Part shown: in pieces, positions 63,101-64,000 of the stretch | Layout of the letters: every line of letters starts with the position of its first letter | Numbering within the stretch: the stretch's first letter is position 1 | Assembly (NCBI GenBank): GCA_903813345.2 | Contig: CAIIXF020000001.1 | Span: forward strand, 41,912,001 to 41,976,000 | Direction: 5' to 3' | DNA length: 64,000 nt | Source of the DNA: Owenia fusiformis | Taxonomy: Eukaryota | Notes under the pieces: model-generated | Seen by the model: only the letters and a program-made list of their open reading frames with translations | Told to the model about the DNA's origin: nothing | Database searches by the model: none | Made by a program: the position numbers and the translations under genes

Positions 63101-63845
63101 AGAGATGGATAAATAGTGGGCCCAGAATACTGCATGGTATAATAAGAAAACTATTAATATTTATGTAAGGGAGGGGGGGGAAATATCGCAACAGATTTCG
63201 GACAGTCATATGTTGGATTTTAGCTATTAGACTGTTAGACCAATGCATTACCTCTAGGAAAAGCACTCCTAGAGATGATAGAATAATTTCGACTTTGAGA
63301 CAGGGAAGATGCAAACAACTCACCCACATGTTTCTTCTGAAATGTTTTCCTGATTTTCAACCCATTCCACCCCTGCTTTTTAATCTTTCATGCATCAATA
63401 TGTTGTGTTTTGATATACAGTCAACCCCAAAAAGGAATAAGTGATTCCTTCGTGGGTTTTAAAGATATCCATTATGGGTGACCAAAATTAGCTGAAAGCA
63501 ATGGATCGCATGAGTTTTCTCTATGGGAAAATAACAAGGGAATCACTTATTCCTTAAAAAGAAAAGCAGGGTGGAAGGGGTTAAAAACCAGACAAACATG
63601 TGGATAGGTTGTTTGCATCTTCCCTGTCTCAAAGTCGACATTATTTTATCATCTCTATAGGAGTGATTTTCCTAGAGGTAATGCATTGGTCTAACATATG
63701 CACCTGTTTAAATCCTCAGAAAATAGCCAAAATCCAACATATGACTCTCCGAAATCTGTTGCGATATTTCCCCCCTCCTTTACATATTAATCGTTTTCTT
63801 AATATACCATGTAGTATTCTGGGCCCACTATTTATCCATCTCTCT
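63101..63845. mobile_element. Large foldback MITE with ~300-bp inverted arms (fragment of the same family at ~55,045-55,200)
   Basis: AGAGATGGATAAATAGTGGGCCCAGAATAC... pairs with ...GTATTCTGGGCCCACTATTTATCCATCTCT. This also explains the twin spurious ORFs 63045..63329(-) and 63600..63860(+). Confidence 0.8.
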
Positions 63846-64000
63846 ATAGCAAATGGTTAACGGTGCGTCAAATATTTCAGCCCATCGGGATATTATCACA
63901 GGATTGATATCATTTAGTATTGTATGTCTACCGATTCAATTATTTATGTATTGAAACCCCATCGACTGCATATTTAACAAACTTATGTCCAGTTAATCGT

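Noticed and set aside
63045..63860. Two similar ORFs on opposite strands as a duplicated gene
   Set aside because: They are the two arms of one foldback MITE.

Overview
This is AT-rich animal (invertebrate bilaterian-like) nuclear DNA, not prokaryotic. Bases 1-26,231 are a near-identical tandem array that runs off the left edge. It is built from an 865-bp monomer (S) and a 1,338-bp monomer (L = S plus a 473-bp module bounded by TATTAG repeats and reading GT...AG), interleaved aperiodically. About 5.7 kb to its right lies a complete 5-exon Eomesodermin/Tbr1 (T-brain) T-box gene (+ strand, CDS 31,947-37,657, 676 aa). Next is an 11.3-kb non-autonomous CACTA/EnSpm-like element (41,933-53,232) whose ends are expanded into two different satellites (~119/238 bp and 190 bp) and whose interior holds nested MITEs and apparently spliced non-coding exons. 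It is followed by one intact, apparently orphan 466-bp exon of a His-rich multi-pass membrane protein (53,302-53,767). That exon and the CACTA element sit between two inward-facing TTAA-flanked Kolobok-like ends (41,024 and 58,701). The rest is a dense patchwork of MITEs and hairpin elements. All coordinates were counted by hand, and TE superfamily calls rest only on termini and target-site duplications (TSDs).
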